A DNA stretch of 55,959 nucleotides, filler included, from Platydemus manokwari (taxonomy: Eukaryota): NCBI GenBank assembly GCA_037951405.1. It is 5 parts of 5 records of this genome, joined end to end, with 100 filler letters (N's around TTAATTAATTAA, not from the genome) between each part and the next. Parts side by side here need not be neighbours in the genome. Positions count along the whole stretch, not along the records: positions 1 to 12,884 come from JBBMOY011925828.1; positions 12,985 to 23,550 come from JBBMOY011123664.1; 3 more parts are not named here. One strand, written 5' to 3'. The position numbers and the translations under genes are program-made. The notes beneath the pieces were generated by a model, which saw nothing but the letters and a program-made list of their open reading frames with translations, had not been told where the DNA came from and did no database searches. Shown here piece after piece: positions 9,001 to 21,960 of this stretch (the first letter of the stretch is position 1; the number at the start of each line of letters is the position of its first letter).

Positions 9001-10675
9001 ATTATGTATTCAATACATTATTTATCAAATTTATTCAATATTTTCCATATTATTTGAGATTAGAATATTGTTTCATGTCAATTATGTTAATATAATTAAG
9101 ATGAGTCGAATATTGGAACAACTAGTATTGAGATAATAATTGTTGACTCAATTATTTATAAATTTAAAATTATGTCATAATTTCTGACATTTATTTATTT
9201 TATTATTCTTGAACAATTGATCAGTATTGTTGATGGTGTGAGATTATTTAAAAATACGATAAATCATTAAAATTTACATAAGATTAAAATTAAAAAATTA
9301 AAAGATATTTTAAAAAAATATATTAAAAATAATTATACTATATTGATATTTATAAAATGATCTTGTTTAAAAAATTACTATTAACCTCAATAAAAAAAAA
9401 TTAAAATTACTAAAAGTAATTTTAAATAAAAAAATAAAGATATAATATTAAAATATGTGTGCATTTTTAGATTTAAAAAGAGAAGATAAATCAGATGGAA
9501 ATAAATTTTAATATTTTAAAATTTGTTTAAAATGGATGTATTATAAATATATATTTTTTGTTCTGTTGAAAACATGTCTTTTGATTTGAATATTAAAACG
9601 AAGAAGTTTTAGCAACTAACAATATTTATAAGAGTCTTGCTAAGCAATACTGTTAAATTTTAAAATTTGATTGAAATGTGATGTGATAAATATTTGTGCT
9701 GTTAAACAAACATGACTTCTGATTTAAATCACTTGAATGAAGAAATGTTGTCAACTAACAGGTGGTATGAAATGAATGTGTTTGTTATAATTTTGTTTTA
9801 TTGGAACTCTCATTTCTTGTTCATTTTTAACACATCTGTATCAAATGTGAGTTAAATAAAGTTAAAAGAAAAGTTAAAAATGAAAACGTTATACAATCTT
9901 TTGTTTTAATATAACATTACAATTAAGGTTCAATCTTCAGTTTCAATCATTTGTTTTTTCCTCTTTAAGATTCCACAGTTTTTATGATTAATTTTTCTAA
10001 TAATTCAAAAAATAAAAACTCCTTAAACTTAATTTAACATTTTGCTGATAATGAAAACGATGGTTATATTCAGCATGATGAACATCGGCTAAACAGATAT
10101 ATAATCTCGCCATATCTTTAAATGTATTTCTATGAAATTATGAATATATTTAGAGGAATACAGCCATTATAATCAGTATTTATTTTCATAAAGTTTCATT
10201 CAACCTGATAACAAAACATAGAAAAAATAATTAGAAATTCACTTATCAAAATATTTCCATACATTCTTAATAACAAGTTTTGAGTGTTTCCTTTCACAAA
10301 CTCTTACTTGGCGCATAAACATATCCTCTCATTTTCCAACGTGTTTTATTAAAATTACACCCAATTTACCATTATTACTTAGTTTTCTCTACCTTTTATA
10401 AGGTTTTTAATTCATTTTTTTGAAATTTTTACGTCTAAAGCTCATGTTTATTTTCAGGGCAACAAGTAATCTTTATTTTATATCTCAGAAGTTCTTGGGC
10501 AATAAGATCAATTCATTAAATATTGTCGATACATTGAAACAATTGGATAAAGTTTGATTATTCAGCTGAAAATTTTATTTATTGTTGATATTTTTATTAG
10601 ATCAATATTTTTATTGAAGATCTCCAGTATATTTTGAAAGAAGTCAATAACGATGACGAATTAAGCGAAATATAA
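6011..10675 (+). CDS. CFAP73: Cilia/flagella-associated coiled-coil protein CFAP73/CCDC42 (DUF4200 family), 8 coding exons
   Basis: GT-AG exons 6011-6060, 6109-6214, 6733-6923, 6987-7158, 7210-7284, 8814-8971, 10458-10551 and 10601-10675 splice into one frame. The product is MDISKRN...TATMLLEKRREM...LLKFNKFLKENESKRNRA...EFTEIKEIVDRYSTL...KTLEYGKIKMATSNLY...DTLKQLDKINIFIEDL...*. An AATAAA lies at ~10723. Confidence 0.88.
7690..8131 (+). repeat. Dispersed repeat family B (~440 bp, bounded by ~27-bp direct repeats), in CFAP73 intron 5
   Basis: AATTTCAATT(C/T)ATTATAAATCCTCACA at both ends, with a pyrimidine-rich body and core AATCGAATYCAAATGCGTGGTCGCCATGTAAGCC. Other copies are at ~49340-49766 (+), ~44760-44916 (+, partial) and ~21190-21960 (-, several partial). 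The ORF 7738-8016 is a by-product. Confidence 0.75.
9265..9770 (+). repeat. Dispersed repeat family C, in CFAP73 intron 6
   Basis: GATTAAAATT...TTTATAAAATGATCTTG...GAAGA(T/C)AAATCAGATGGAAATAAATTT...CATG(T/A)CTTTTGATTT...CAACTAACA recurs at ~51215-51545. Confidence 0.7.
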
Positions 10676-12758
10676 ATCGTTACTTTACTGCTGTGAAGTT
10701 TTCTTCCAGAATTGTTGTTTTGAATAAATGGGAGATTTATGATTTGTTGAGATTGTTTAAATTAATTACAATTTTATAATTTGTAGTCGATCTTTTTTGC
10801 GTTTCTCAATTAAAACTGATATAAGATTCACAACTAGTTTATATTCATTCATTTAATGCTGGGTAATTTATACGTTTATGAAACGAATGATTAGTTTACT
10901 GAGATCTAGTGAAATGTTCTTTGATTATTTATAAATCCATTTTCTTAATTGTGCGCGCATAAATTTGATACTGAAATATCATAACCATATATATTCTTAG
11001 TTTTGATTGGTTATTATGGTTTACAATTTTTGGATTGAATCTCAGAAACTAATAAAAGATTAAGAATCTAAAATTTCTGATCGACTTATACCAATATTAA
11101 TAGTTTTTCGATTACTTTTACCACTAACTTAAACCAAAATAAACTTAAAAGTTTCCTGGCTAACTGGTTTATTGCTCCTAAAGGTACTGATTTTGAGTAT
11201 CATCTGTCTTCTGCTATTATTGGTTTTGAGTTCGAGGATATTGTCTTGTGTTCGTTATTTCGTTCTCCGTTTCTTCTAAAATGTTCATTCCGTTATGAAA
11301 CCTTTGCTTTTCAAAAATTCCGCCCACAAAAATTATTTTTTGCAATTTGAAAATGAGCTGGCTTTCATATCCAATTTATATTCCAAACTGCAGATACTTG
11401 TTGAGATATTTCTCTATTTTCGTAATTTCTTCATTAATTTCGTCAATAAATAGACCAATCTCTTTTATTTTTAAGCACATAAACAATGAAAAAAGTTCAC
11501 CGTTTGATCTTAAAATGCCTTGGGAAAAATATAATTTCTCTATATTTAAAATAATAAAAAGATATCCTTATATAAATAGCCTAGTCTAAGTATTTTCGTC
11601 ACTTAAATTCTCTCTTGTTTTAAAGCCTCATATGAATTTTTATAATATAGATGTACCCATTTTTTGTTGATATTTCAAAGTTCAGATTCACAATTTATTT
11701 GGTTTTTAAAACCCTGATCTTTAAATGAGCTCTATTTTATTGGAACCACATTTTAATTTTTGAAATATCGATTTTGAAGCTCTCTCTCTTAAAATATTTT
11801 ATATATCCCGACAGATTAATGGACTACAAATCACGATCATCAAATTGTTGGTTTTGAGCTTGTAATGTTTTTTATCTTAATTCTTATCAGACTCAATAAT
11901 ATTCCTATTGTGGATCACAGCTGCCTTGATCAGTCTCTACAAGTCCTAATCAAGCCCAAGGTACAAACTATAAAACCTTAATCTTTCTATTTTCAACTCC
12001 CAATCAATACAATGTGGAGATAGTACGATTGGTAACAATGATCAAAGCTTAATAAACTTAGTCAGTCTCAAATCATCAAAATCTATATAATTTATCAATC
12101 AACAACTAATAAACAAACTATTAACTATGGTAAGATTTATTATGTTCTAAAACACTGATGCACAAATTATACAATAAGCAAGTAATTAATTTTAATACTA
12201 CAAATACTACAAATACTTTTAAACGCAAAACGGCTACCTTACAAATTCTGAAATAAAGCTACGATTGAGAAACTTCAACTAAAGAAGCTGAACTGATAAT
12301 CTCAAAAGGAGTTTTGAGATACAACTCAATAATAAAATGATATATGATACTTTACATGATAGAGATAGTGGTTTTACATTATAAATCGAACTCACTTTGA
12401 ATTCGAATAAATCGGAAAATATAATGGCTGCTGTAATCGCTAACTAGACTAAGGAATCGAAGGCTTAATGACAAATACGATCCAAGATTCTGCAATTGAC
12501 TAGCTTCTGGTTATTTCGTATGACGGCTTACACAATCTAGTGGTTTCTCAATGTATGAACGAGAGCGAAGTTATGATTTTTTCAACTCTTATATATACCT
12601 CTTTTAGGTGGCGCTTATAATAGTCCCGATTATAATATATTTCGTTACATTTTTATAAATATCCCATATTTTTAATGAATATTGCTACAATAATATTGTC
12701 GGGATAATACCCATGCAGGCTGCAAGCCTATAAACTACATAACAATCCCATAAACTAC

Positions 12759-12801
<43 letters not shown>

Positions 12802-13168
12802 AAACCAAAAACCCACATTAATTAAAATGTAGGCGTGTGGGCGGAATGATATTAATAATAGATATAAAATTTTTTCGACAAATTNNNNNNNNNNNNNNNN
12901 NNNNNNNNNNNNNNNNNNNNNNNNNNNNTTAATTAATTAANNNNNNNNNNNNNNNNNNNNNNNNNNNNNNNNNNNNNNNNNNNNTATTTATTACTTTAGT
13001 TTTTTATTATTAGAAATTTTTAAGTGAAATCTTTTAAAATTAAATAAATCAGAGAATAAAATTTATTTTAAAAATCACATTAAAAATAATTTTAACGAAT
13101 ATAATTTCAGATAAATATTAAAATTTTCTATTTATTGCTTGCTTTCATTAGTGACATTATTAAGTTTA

Positions 13169-14851
13169 ATGATGCTGGATTTACCAAACAATTACGATTG
13201 TCTAATTTGTTACGACAATTTAGAAGATGTCGACTTTTTCCGGATGATTTCATGCAAACATGAATTCTGTAAATCGTGTTTTTACGAAATCTTATTCAGT
13301 GACGAGATTGAAATAGTTCGATGTCCTTACGACACAATGCAAGACGATAAATTTGAATTTGTCGAAAAGAATGAAAATAATGAAAGAAATATTTTGTTCA
13401 AAAATAGTGCACAATATCGCCTAGAACATATTCCTGATGCCATCGAATATTTTTACGACGAAATTGAAAATCATTACTTTAACGTGCTAAAAGTTGCCAT
13501 AAAGAACAATGATTTAATGATAAATATCGATAAAACGTATGCAGAATTCTTACAAAATTGTACTCTTTTAATAGGTAGGATCAATGGTAACAATGATACT
13601 GAAATCAAGAACCAAATAAAGGAATTAGCACTTCAGCACGTTGTGACGGTCAATAATTTTCAAAATAACGAACAATTGAATCCCTGTATAAAGTACAATA
13701 TTATTTATAATTCTATAAAACATATGGACCCAAATAAAATCAATCCTAAAATGATTAAAAAGATTTTCGATTGGAAGTTGATCGATAAATTATTAAATAA
13801 TTTTGGAAATTTTAGTTGCCATGCTTTATTTCAAAGTGAAAATTTTACCAACCTTAAATTCGTCGAGAAATTTACAGAAGTAACCAATCAATCGATTAGT
13901 TTGAGGAAATACATGTCAATGTTCATTATTTCGATTATTTTATCAATATCCAATAGCAAAAACAATCTTTACCAGCAGGCACTGCCTAATATTTATCGAA
14001 ATAGTACAGACAGTTGTCTCGTTTGTTTCAGACAGATCGATGGAATACAATACGCAAAATTTGCTGAATGTAATCACAAAATATGTATTGATTGTGTCAA
14101 TAAATTTATGATGACGAATTGTTGCTGTCCATTTGATGAAAAAGAAGCTAATCAAACATTAATGATTATGGAAAATGATTTGTGGATATCAACGTATCAA
14201 TATCTGTTTAATAATCATGCCGAAAATATAAATTCAAAAATCAAATCATTTTTAGGCTTTTGCAGTGAAAGAGTTTCAAACATTGCATCAATACTCTCGG
14301 ATATTCTAACATTTTTCATTCAATTTCATCAAACCATCGAATCGGATCCCGAAACACCAAACATCACAATGTCGGACGCAATGAGAAAAATTATCCTTCT
14401 CCTATTTGACCATTCTGGATTGAGTAAACTTCTTCAAGTGACACAATATTCCTACCAAGCTTACCTATTTAACTGTGAAATGATGGCAGATCAGTGTCGA
14501 TTGAATATTAATAATAATAACAATAAAAGATTCCACAAATTTACGAGAGATTTGAAAAGGGTTGTCACAGCAAATACAAAGTTTCTGAGCAAAATGCACA
14601 AATCCCTGATTGATTTTATCAGTAAAATTTACAATTATTTATGGCTATCACACATGGATGTTCATTTGAAATATTCGATTATTCTGAAATACTTTTTGAA
14701 AATGCAGGATATTTGTGAGTTGGTTTTTCAATGTAAAAATCCAAATGAATGTCAATGTCCTATGAACCAATCAATGGAACAATTGAAAACCATTATGGAT
14801 AAATTAAGCAACTTCTTGATAACAATGAAAAGAGAAGGAAAATGGCCGTGA
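13169..14851 (+). CDS. Intronless protein with two RING fingers (putative E3 ubiquitin ligase), ~560 aa
   Basis: Long ORF in very AT-rich DNA; the first ATG is at 13169 (the ORF track starts at an upstream TTG). RING1 is CLIC..CKHEFCKSC..CPYD and RING2 is CLVC..CNHKICIDC..CPFD. Each is followed by a helical region. Confidence 0.8.
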   Translation: MMLDLPNNYDCLICYDNLEDVDFFRMISCKHEFCKSCFYEILFSDEIEIVRCPYDTMQDDKFEFVEKNENNERNILFKNSAQYRLEHIPDAIEYFYDEIENHYFNVLKVAIKNNDLMINIDKTYAEFLQNCTLLIGRINGNNDTEIKNQIKELALQHVVTVNNFQNNEQLNPCIKYNIIYNSIKHMDPNKINPKMIKKIFDWKLIDKLLNNFGNFSCHALFQSENFTNLKFVEKFTEVTNQSISLRKYMSMFIISIILSISNSKNNLYQQALPNIYRNSTDSCLVCFRQIDGIQYAKFAECNHKICIDCVNKFMMTNCCCPFDEKEANQTLMIMENDLWISTYQYLFNNHAENINSKIKSFLGFCSERVSNIASILSDILTFFIQFHQTIESDPETPNITMSDAMRKIILLLFDHSGLSKLLQVTQYSYQAYLFNCEMMADQCRLNINNNNNKRFHKFTRDLKRVVTANTKFLSKMHKSLIDFISKIYNYLWLSHMDVHLKYSIILKYFLKMQDICELVFQCKNPNECQCPMNQSMEQLKTIMDKLSNFLITMKREGKWP

Positions 14852-15494
14852 AAAATTCGGAAATCGAAATTAATGTGAAATTATTAATACATGTTTATAT
14901 TTAAAATGTTTTATTTTTATTAAAATATTGGTACCCGATTGGTAGCATATCAAAAAACTATATAGATTAAAATATTTGAAAAGTTTAATTAAATACAATC
15001 ATACTATTTACATTTGACAGTAAATTCAAATTAACAAGTAATATTTTATTGTAGAGCAAATTCAATACTTGTTTAAAAGACAATATTTTCAGAGTTGTGA
15101 TCAAGTGCATTGTATTGTTGCATTTGCTACCGTTTCTGTCATATTCTACAATTTGTAAAAAAAATATTGAAACGGTTCTTGTGATGAAAAAATAGATAAT
15201 ATTTAAATATTTTAATTAATTAATATTTTATCGATAAGGTAAACATTTGAATCAATATGTTTAGGTGGGGAAGAATATTGATATATAAATAAATATAAAT
15301 ATTTAACTTAATATTTATAAAGATTTCAATTCTTATTCACGTTTTACTGATATATTTAAATTTGATAATAATAATGGTAATAATTATAATAATAATAATA
15401 ATAATAATGATAATAATAATAATGATAAAAAAATATTAATGTAAATTAAAATAAATGTAAATAAAAATTGATTATTATACGAAATAATGATAAT

Positions 15495-15496
<2 letters not shown>

Positions 15497-15563
<67 letters not shown>
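15497..15563. repeat. (AAT)n microsatellite
   Basis: Run of ~22 AAT units. Similar tracts lie at ~12760-12800, 19380-19610 (degenerate), 20215-20267, 23465-23530, 37051-37096 and 46090-46200. Confidence 0.95.
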
Positions 15564-15981
15564 TGTTATATTTTCATAATGGCGTTATTCATATTTTATT
15601 TGATATTTTATGCAAATATTTCTTTTTCATCGAATTTCGATTTGATAACTCGCAACGATAAACTCCATCAATAGATTTTATGAGTAGATAATTGAATTTT
15701 TAATATTAATTTCCCATTGCGTCTAGCACGGCAAACAATGGTGATAAAATTTGACTTTATCTGTAATTATTTAATCTTTAAATAGTTTTTGTGGGATTTC
15801 ATTTGATACTGAATCACAAAAGAATTGATTAACTTTTTTACTCGTTTTATCATTGAAAATATAAATAAATATCGGAAAATCAATAAATGTTTATGATTAT
15901 TATGATAATCAATAAATGATTTCAGATAATTATTATGGATCGCTTATTTTAGGAGATAATAAATGATAATTTTATTATTAC

Positions 15982-18900
15982 CTGATACAAAATAGAGAAC
16001 GAGGAGGAATGTTGATGAATAGGAACTCAATGCACCATATAATGTCATGATTCTCTGCAAATGGTATGGAGCCCAACAAGAGAAGAATGATATCACCACT
16101 GTTGCTAAAAAGGAAAAATAAATATTTTTAACAAAAGAAAAGTTTTGTAAATATTAATAATAATCACTAATAATATTTTTAAAAGTATAATATAATTAAT
16201 TTTAGACGACAAGCATATTCTGGTTAGATTTCGAGAAGTTCTGATGACATGAAAATATGGGAGAAATGGAAGAAGATTTACAAAAACGAATATAAAATAG
16301 ATAAAAGACGATGTATATAAGATATATAGTAGAAAAAAGAAACAGACTCTTCGAGTTTATTAGATTGGCATGGTAACTTGTTAAATCTAAAATAATTTCC
16401 ATTGATAATTTGGCGGGTTCTTATATTGGCGTAAACTAGTGTGAATGTATTTTGAAGTGAGAACTACTATTGCTGGTGACATTCTTTAAGTCTTTATAAA
16501 GAAATATGCCGGAATATTGGTGTTTCACGAATGTATCATTTCTTTTGTCTCATCAATGATCTAGATAATATATGTGGAGATTATAAAATTATTATTAGTA
16601 ATTTATAATAATAATTTAAACAATTTTAGCCAATATTTAATTTTAACCATAAATTCTAACCAAAAATAAATAATTTTTTATCCTAATTGATTTAAAGGTT
16701 ATTATACAGGCAACCCTCATTAATACGAAAAATTAGAAATTGATTTCATTTCGGTTTGTAAATTAATTCGGATAATAAAGGAATTTAAAACCTATATGAT
16801 TGCCATATTAATGATGAAATTATTAAGAAAAAGATAATTATTTATTTAAAAAATCATCTAAAATTTTTTGTAAAGTTTTCCTTTGAATGAATTTCAGTAA
16901 ATCAGCTTTGACGTCTTTTGAATTTTTATTGTATCATTGGTTATTTTTTGAGTAGAGCCGTTTAAAGAAGAATTTATTTTGATGACAATTTCAATTTCTT
17001 GGAATAAATTGCTTGCACTAATGTTGTAACTGTCATCGACCTGACCATCTTTAGCATTAAGTACAACATCTTCAACAGTGTATTCTTGATACATTGCAAT
17101 GATTTCATCATCATCAACGAATTCTTCTGTTTGGATCATATCCTCTTCAAATATTATCTGGTAAAGCTTATTATTATGTGTCTTAAGAACGTGATCTGAT
17201 GACAAGTTTTTTCAGCATAAGATCCGAGAATACATGAAATAATCGCAACCTTTTTGAAAAAATTTTTGATGGTTTCTTCTTTCACATCTTCCCAAGCTTC
17301 GTGGGGTATCAATATGGCTTTCTTAAGATTAACAACAAAGGATATTGATTGATCAAGCTTTTGAGTATAATATTGAGTATAACCTCTGGGTTAATTCAAT
17401 TTTTCAACCGTTTTTTTCTATGGGTTGAAATATCAACATCATTCATTGAATATGCTTCTCCAGTTTCAGATTAAATCGATTTTTGAATCTATGGAACCAT
17501 CTTTTGCTTATTTAGAGGTCATTAACATATAGTTTTGTTAAATTCCTTGGCTTTTGTAATGATAACTTCATCAGTCACGTAACCATTTATCGTGTCCATT
17601 TGAGATATCCATTCGATCAATGGATTCTCAAGCAGAGAGTGAATTTTCGAAGATTGTCTGGAGTAAGTGTTTGAGCTTTCACAATTTTCCCATTTCTCCT
17701 ATTTTTTCAAAATTTCTGATAAAGTAGGCTTCATAGGTCCATGTTTAATTCTGTTCTGATAATTTGAGACAGTTCACTCAGCGACATTTTCTTTGACACC
17801 TTTATTGCACAAATCATTGCCTTTTGATGAATGGTAATTTCTGTTCTTTTTCTACCCATATGGATATTTAATTTAAATAAATTAAAATTGTAAACAAGCT
17901 TAATATTTAAACAACATTAATACGAAACTCTTAAAAATTATTTGAAATTTAATTCAAAAACGAGCTTTCCGATTGCGGTTCATGAAGTTTCGTATTAATG
18001 AAATTGACGAAATAAATAATTTTTTTTCGGTCTATAAAGTTTTCGGATTATTGAGGACTAACTGTACTATGAAATTATTGGCCATAAGGTTCACATTAAT
18101 TATCTAGATCATTAATGTGAGAAGAGTATAAACTAAAGGTGATTTTTTTTCCTGATAAATCATATACTTCAACTTATGTCTTTTAAACAGAACATCAAGT
18201 TAAGGTTAGCATTATTTACTTAAAAATACAATTTCAAGAACAAATATTAATTTATATTATTTTATTTATCAGAAATCAATCAGGATATATTATTGATTTT
18301 CTGCTATTTAACTTGCTATTAAATGAATGAGTTATTTTAAAATAAATCATTAGATTTAAGATTTATTTAAATTAAAACAACCAAATCATTAAGCTCTTTA
18401 AAAGTATTTAAAGGAAAATTTAATTGAACGCAAATATTTTCATTTAATTTATTTGATTTAAACTTTTAAAATAATAGTAAGGACTGATCATTGTTTGTTT
18501 TATCAGATTATTTTTACTAATTAGATATTTTTCACATACACTCACACATTGTAACGGCCTTTTGCATCGAGGATTTCAACGATAGTAATTGATTGAGAGA
18601 TTGTTCGGAAAAATATTATAAAAATTATGTTAAGATTAACAGCAGTTAAAATTTAAAATGAACTCATAAATATTCTGAAAAAATACATAAAAATATCATG
18701 ATTGTAACATTGACGAGTTGAATGAAATATAAATTTACCCAACATTTTTATCACAGCTTTTCTTGATTTCAAAGATTTGCTATTGAGATTTGTTGCTAAT
18801 GACGATGTAATAAATAACTGCCTAGCAATGAGAATATAAAGAATCAAAATAATAACCATGGGAACAACGAAAAATATAAATGCAGTCGCTTTTAACAATG

Positions 18901-19347
18901 CAGGAAAATGTGGTATTGACAAGTCGGGAAAGCAAGACAGTGATTGAGGAATCTGTTCTCCAGGTTGATACCATCTCGGTTTTTCTTTCAATTCCGCAGA
19001 TATGCACGAGCTGACATTAATCGTAGAATTTTTTAAATATTCCATTGTGTCGTTTGGATATGAAGCGATGTGTTCCGATTTAGACATAGCGCTGATAGGT
19101 AAAGAGAAGAATAAGGCAATCACCCACGAAAAGCCGATGACGACGCAAGTTCGCTTTCGACTAGATATTACGTGGGCTTTCATTGGAAAACAAATGGCCA
19201 CATAACGTTCCACACTGAAAGCTGTTATCGTGAGAACGCTTGTTATCGGTGTCAATTCAAGTATTAAGATTCTTAAATGACAGAAATAGACACCATATCT
19301 CCAAGGATATAATTGTGATTGGGTTTGAATGAGTTCCACTGTTAGTC
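15982..19347 (-). CDS. Rhodopsin-class neuropeptide GPCR, neuromedin-U/pyrokinin/CAPA receptor-like; partial model (2 internal exons)
   Basis: Exon 19347-18739: GLTVEL..YPWRYGVYFCHLR..SVLTITAFSVERYVAICFPM..FFVVPMVIILILYILIA..KSRKAVIKML. Exon 16104-15982: ATVVISFFSCWAPYHLQRIMTLY..LYFVS. Splice sites are canonical and phase-compatible. The TM1-2 and NPxxY exons were not found. Confidence 0.85.
16707..18064 (-). mobile_element. pogo/Tigger-like DNA transposon, internally deleted and decayed, in the GPCR intron
   Basis: TA-flanked imperfect TIRs: CAGGCAACCCTCATTAATACGAAA, and CAGTTAGTCCTCAATAATCCGAAA as the reverse complement of the right end. The minus strand from ATG 17859 reads MGRKRTEITIHQKAMIC...LENPLIEWISQM..VTDEVIITKAKEF (CENP-B/Tc5 HTH). 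A DDE_1 tail follows (NLKKAI..EAWEDVKEETIKNFF) with an acidic C-terminus; the central DDE region is missing. Confidence 0.85.
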
Positions 19348-19707
19348 CTAAGAGTATAATAAATACAAATATTATTTTTTAATGATAATACTAATAATAA
19401 CAATAATAATAATAGTAATAGTAAATGTAATAGTAAGTATATTAGTAAAAATAATAATAACAGCAATTAAAGTAATAATAGTAATAGCAATATTAATACT
19501 AATAATAATATTAACGATAATACTAACAGTAATAATTATAACAATAATAAAAACAATAATAATTATTATTATTATGTTAATAATAATAATGATTATAATA
19601 ATAATATTAATACTGAAGAGTCAACCAAATAAACAGTTAATAAAAAGAAATAACGAAATTAATTTATTAAAATAAGATGAAAAGAGTTTTGGTTGAAATG
19701 ATCTAAA

Positions 19708-20195
19708 TGTGAAAGAAATTGTCCTGAATTTTGTATATTGTCAGGACCAAAGTACCAATTAGTGAAGTTTGTCCGAAAACGGAGTTTGGCCTGACTAGAT
19801 GGTAGTTAATCGGCAAAATGGTTTCAACCGATTTCAGGACAGAAAAACATGAATTCGTGGTGGTTAATTAGTTTACCGCACAGAGCTGCAATATAAAAGT
19901 GAAGGCCCTCATTAGCTGACTGCCATAATTTTTGCCAGCTAGATATTCGAGTGCACTGGCCCGAATATCAGTCAAGTGTTTTGTAGATTGTCACACACGC
20001 TAGTAAGTAGTATAGGCCAAGAGTAGCTCCTAGGCCGATAGCCCAATTTTGCTCACGAATCAGATCGGTATTTAACTGGTTCGATATTTGAAGGTTTCCC
20101 TCGCGTATTTTTTTGTGGTTATAATAAATCTTAGTGACAACTATTGTTAGTCAGAGAGGTGAATAGGAGAATACAAACATTTGTTGCTTTCTACA
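19708..20195 (+). mobile_element. Possible solo LTR
   Basis: GC-richer island of ~490 bp starting TGTGAAAG and ending CTTTCTACA (imperfect terminal inverted repeat), with an internal ATATAAAAG. No clear TSD. Confidence 0.3.
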
Positions 20196-20229
20196 ACCGG
20201 TAGACATAACAATACTAATAATAATTATG

Positions 20230-20268
<39 letters not shown>

Positions 20269-21189
20269 TACTATTCTTTATAAATTTTTCATAAAATATT
20301 TCAGAACTTTAGAAATAAACAAATTCATTATAGATTTTTCGGATTTAGAAATCACAAATTTAACGAATCATTTTTGGTTAACGTTTGAAATTATCTGTCC
20401 AATGTTTATCATTCCCATTAATAATTTCATCGAAATTGTTGAGAAATTCCAACTCCCAGAATGTTTGGTCAACAATAGAAAATATGATTGAATCCAAATC
20501 TGATGGCCAGCATAAAAAATAGAGAAGAAATAATTACGTTTTTCATCTGAGAAATTCCCATTCAAAACTGGGTCAATATTGGAATTTGGATTTTATTAGT
20601 GTTCTCATAATCGAAATGTAAATCAATTTTTTCTTCTAAATTTTCTTTGTCCATCTGAAAGAGGAAGTTCGATTTTTTCTCACTTTCACTGAGTTCTTTG
20701 AGTTTAAATTTTTGATTACAACTTTTCGTTGAATAATTTTCGCTAATTTGTTTTGCGATAATATTTTTGACCACATTTTATTTGATTACTTTTTGTTTTA
20801 ATTTAGTGTATTGATTTTTTGCAAATTATTTATAAAATAAAAATATTATAAATAATTTTCTTTAATAAAAGAACAAAAAAATAAAAGAAAATACATAAAA
20901 TATTTTATCATGTTTATGATTAATTTATTAAGATTTATTAATTAATAAATTTTTTCCCCCATTTTTCTCTGATTGCATTTCACAATTGATTTATTCGATC
21001 CTAATTGTTCATTTTGGAACATGAATTAATCTGATTTCCTTCAACGTGAGAAATCGGCATTTTCTTTTGATGTTCTCATTGTTCTGATTCAATTTAAATC
21101 ACTCCGCTTTCCTCATTTTGTTTTAAACATATTAATGGATTTAATATTTCAATGATTTATTTAATTAAAACAATAAACAAGTAAAATGA

Positions 21190-21960
21190 TATTGTGAGCA
21201 TTTTAAATTGAATAAAAATTTTTTAAAGAATGAATTTCGGATAAAATCTAAATATATAATTTGATGTCGTGACTTTTCAGCTTATTTTCAATGCTTGTTT
21301 TATAAGATAGTAGCGGTTTACATGACGACCACGCATCAGGATTTGATTCTGATATGATCAATGAATGCAAATTATGGGAAAAAAGGAGAGACATGTTGAG
21401 ACTATATAGAGAATATATAAAGAAGATAAAAAAGGTATAAAGTAGATATAAAGAAGACGGGAAGTAGATATAAAGATATAAAGAATATTTATAGAAGATA
21501 TAAAACAGATAGAACAACTTGAGCTTTAATTTAATGCTTGGTTTTTAAAATAGTAGCTGTTTACATGACGACCAAGCATCGGGATTCGATTATGAGAAGA
21601 TCAATGATTGCAAATTATCGAAAATAAGGGGATTAAAAAAAGGTGTAAAGTAGATATAAAGAAGAAATGAAGAATATTTATAGAAGATATAATACAGATA
21701 GAACAACTTGAGCTTTTTATGTAGAGAACTATGTGATCATTCGATACAACATCATTGAAGAATAAAAAGAAAATTAAAGATCTTAAGGAAAGGATGAGGG
21801 TGAATAAAATTGAAATACAACTTTTAATAGATTTAATTTGTATAATTTTTTTTGTGTAAAATCAAATTAGTTTGTTTAAATCATTATATTTAAATATAAT
21901 TTGATGTCGTAGCTTTCAGTTCGTTTTTAATGCGTCTTCCATAAAATAGTAGTGGCTTAC
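21190..21960 (-). repeat. Cluster of partial family B copies in inverted orientation
   Basis: TTTACATGACGACCA(C/A)GCATC(A/G)GGATT occurs twice (~21317 and ~21560). It is the reverse complement of the family B core. Confidence 0.7.

Noticed and set aside
11000-12720. GC-richer region with TATCCCGACA (~11803) and TGTCGGGATA (~12697), suggestive of LTR termini
   Set aside because: The order does not define a single LTR, and there is no PBS/PPT, TSD or clear protein motif. Probably a TE relic, but not callable.
12885-12984. Identical palindromic TTAATTAATTAA embedded in N-runs (also 23551-23650, 33097-33196 and 46208-46307)
   Set aside because: Artificial scaffolding spacer with stops in all six frames, not biological. 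Contiguity across these gaps is unverified.
15590-15700. Minus-strand DGVYRCELSN resembling an Ig-domain motif, or a candidate last GPCR exon
   Set aside because: Short, no compatible splice phase and no NPxxY; likely chance.
19257-19675. Poly-Ile and poly-Leu ORFs resembling membrane proteins (also the poly-Asn ORF 15468-15674)
   Set aside because: These are translations of degenerate (AAT)n microsatellite.
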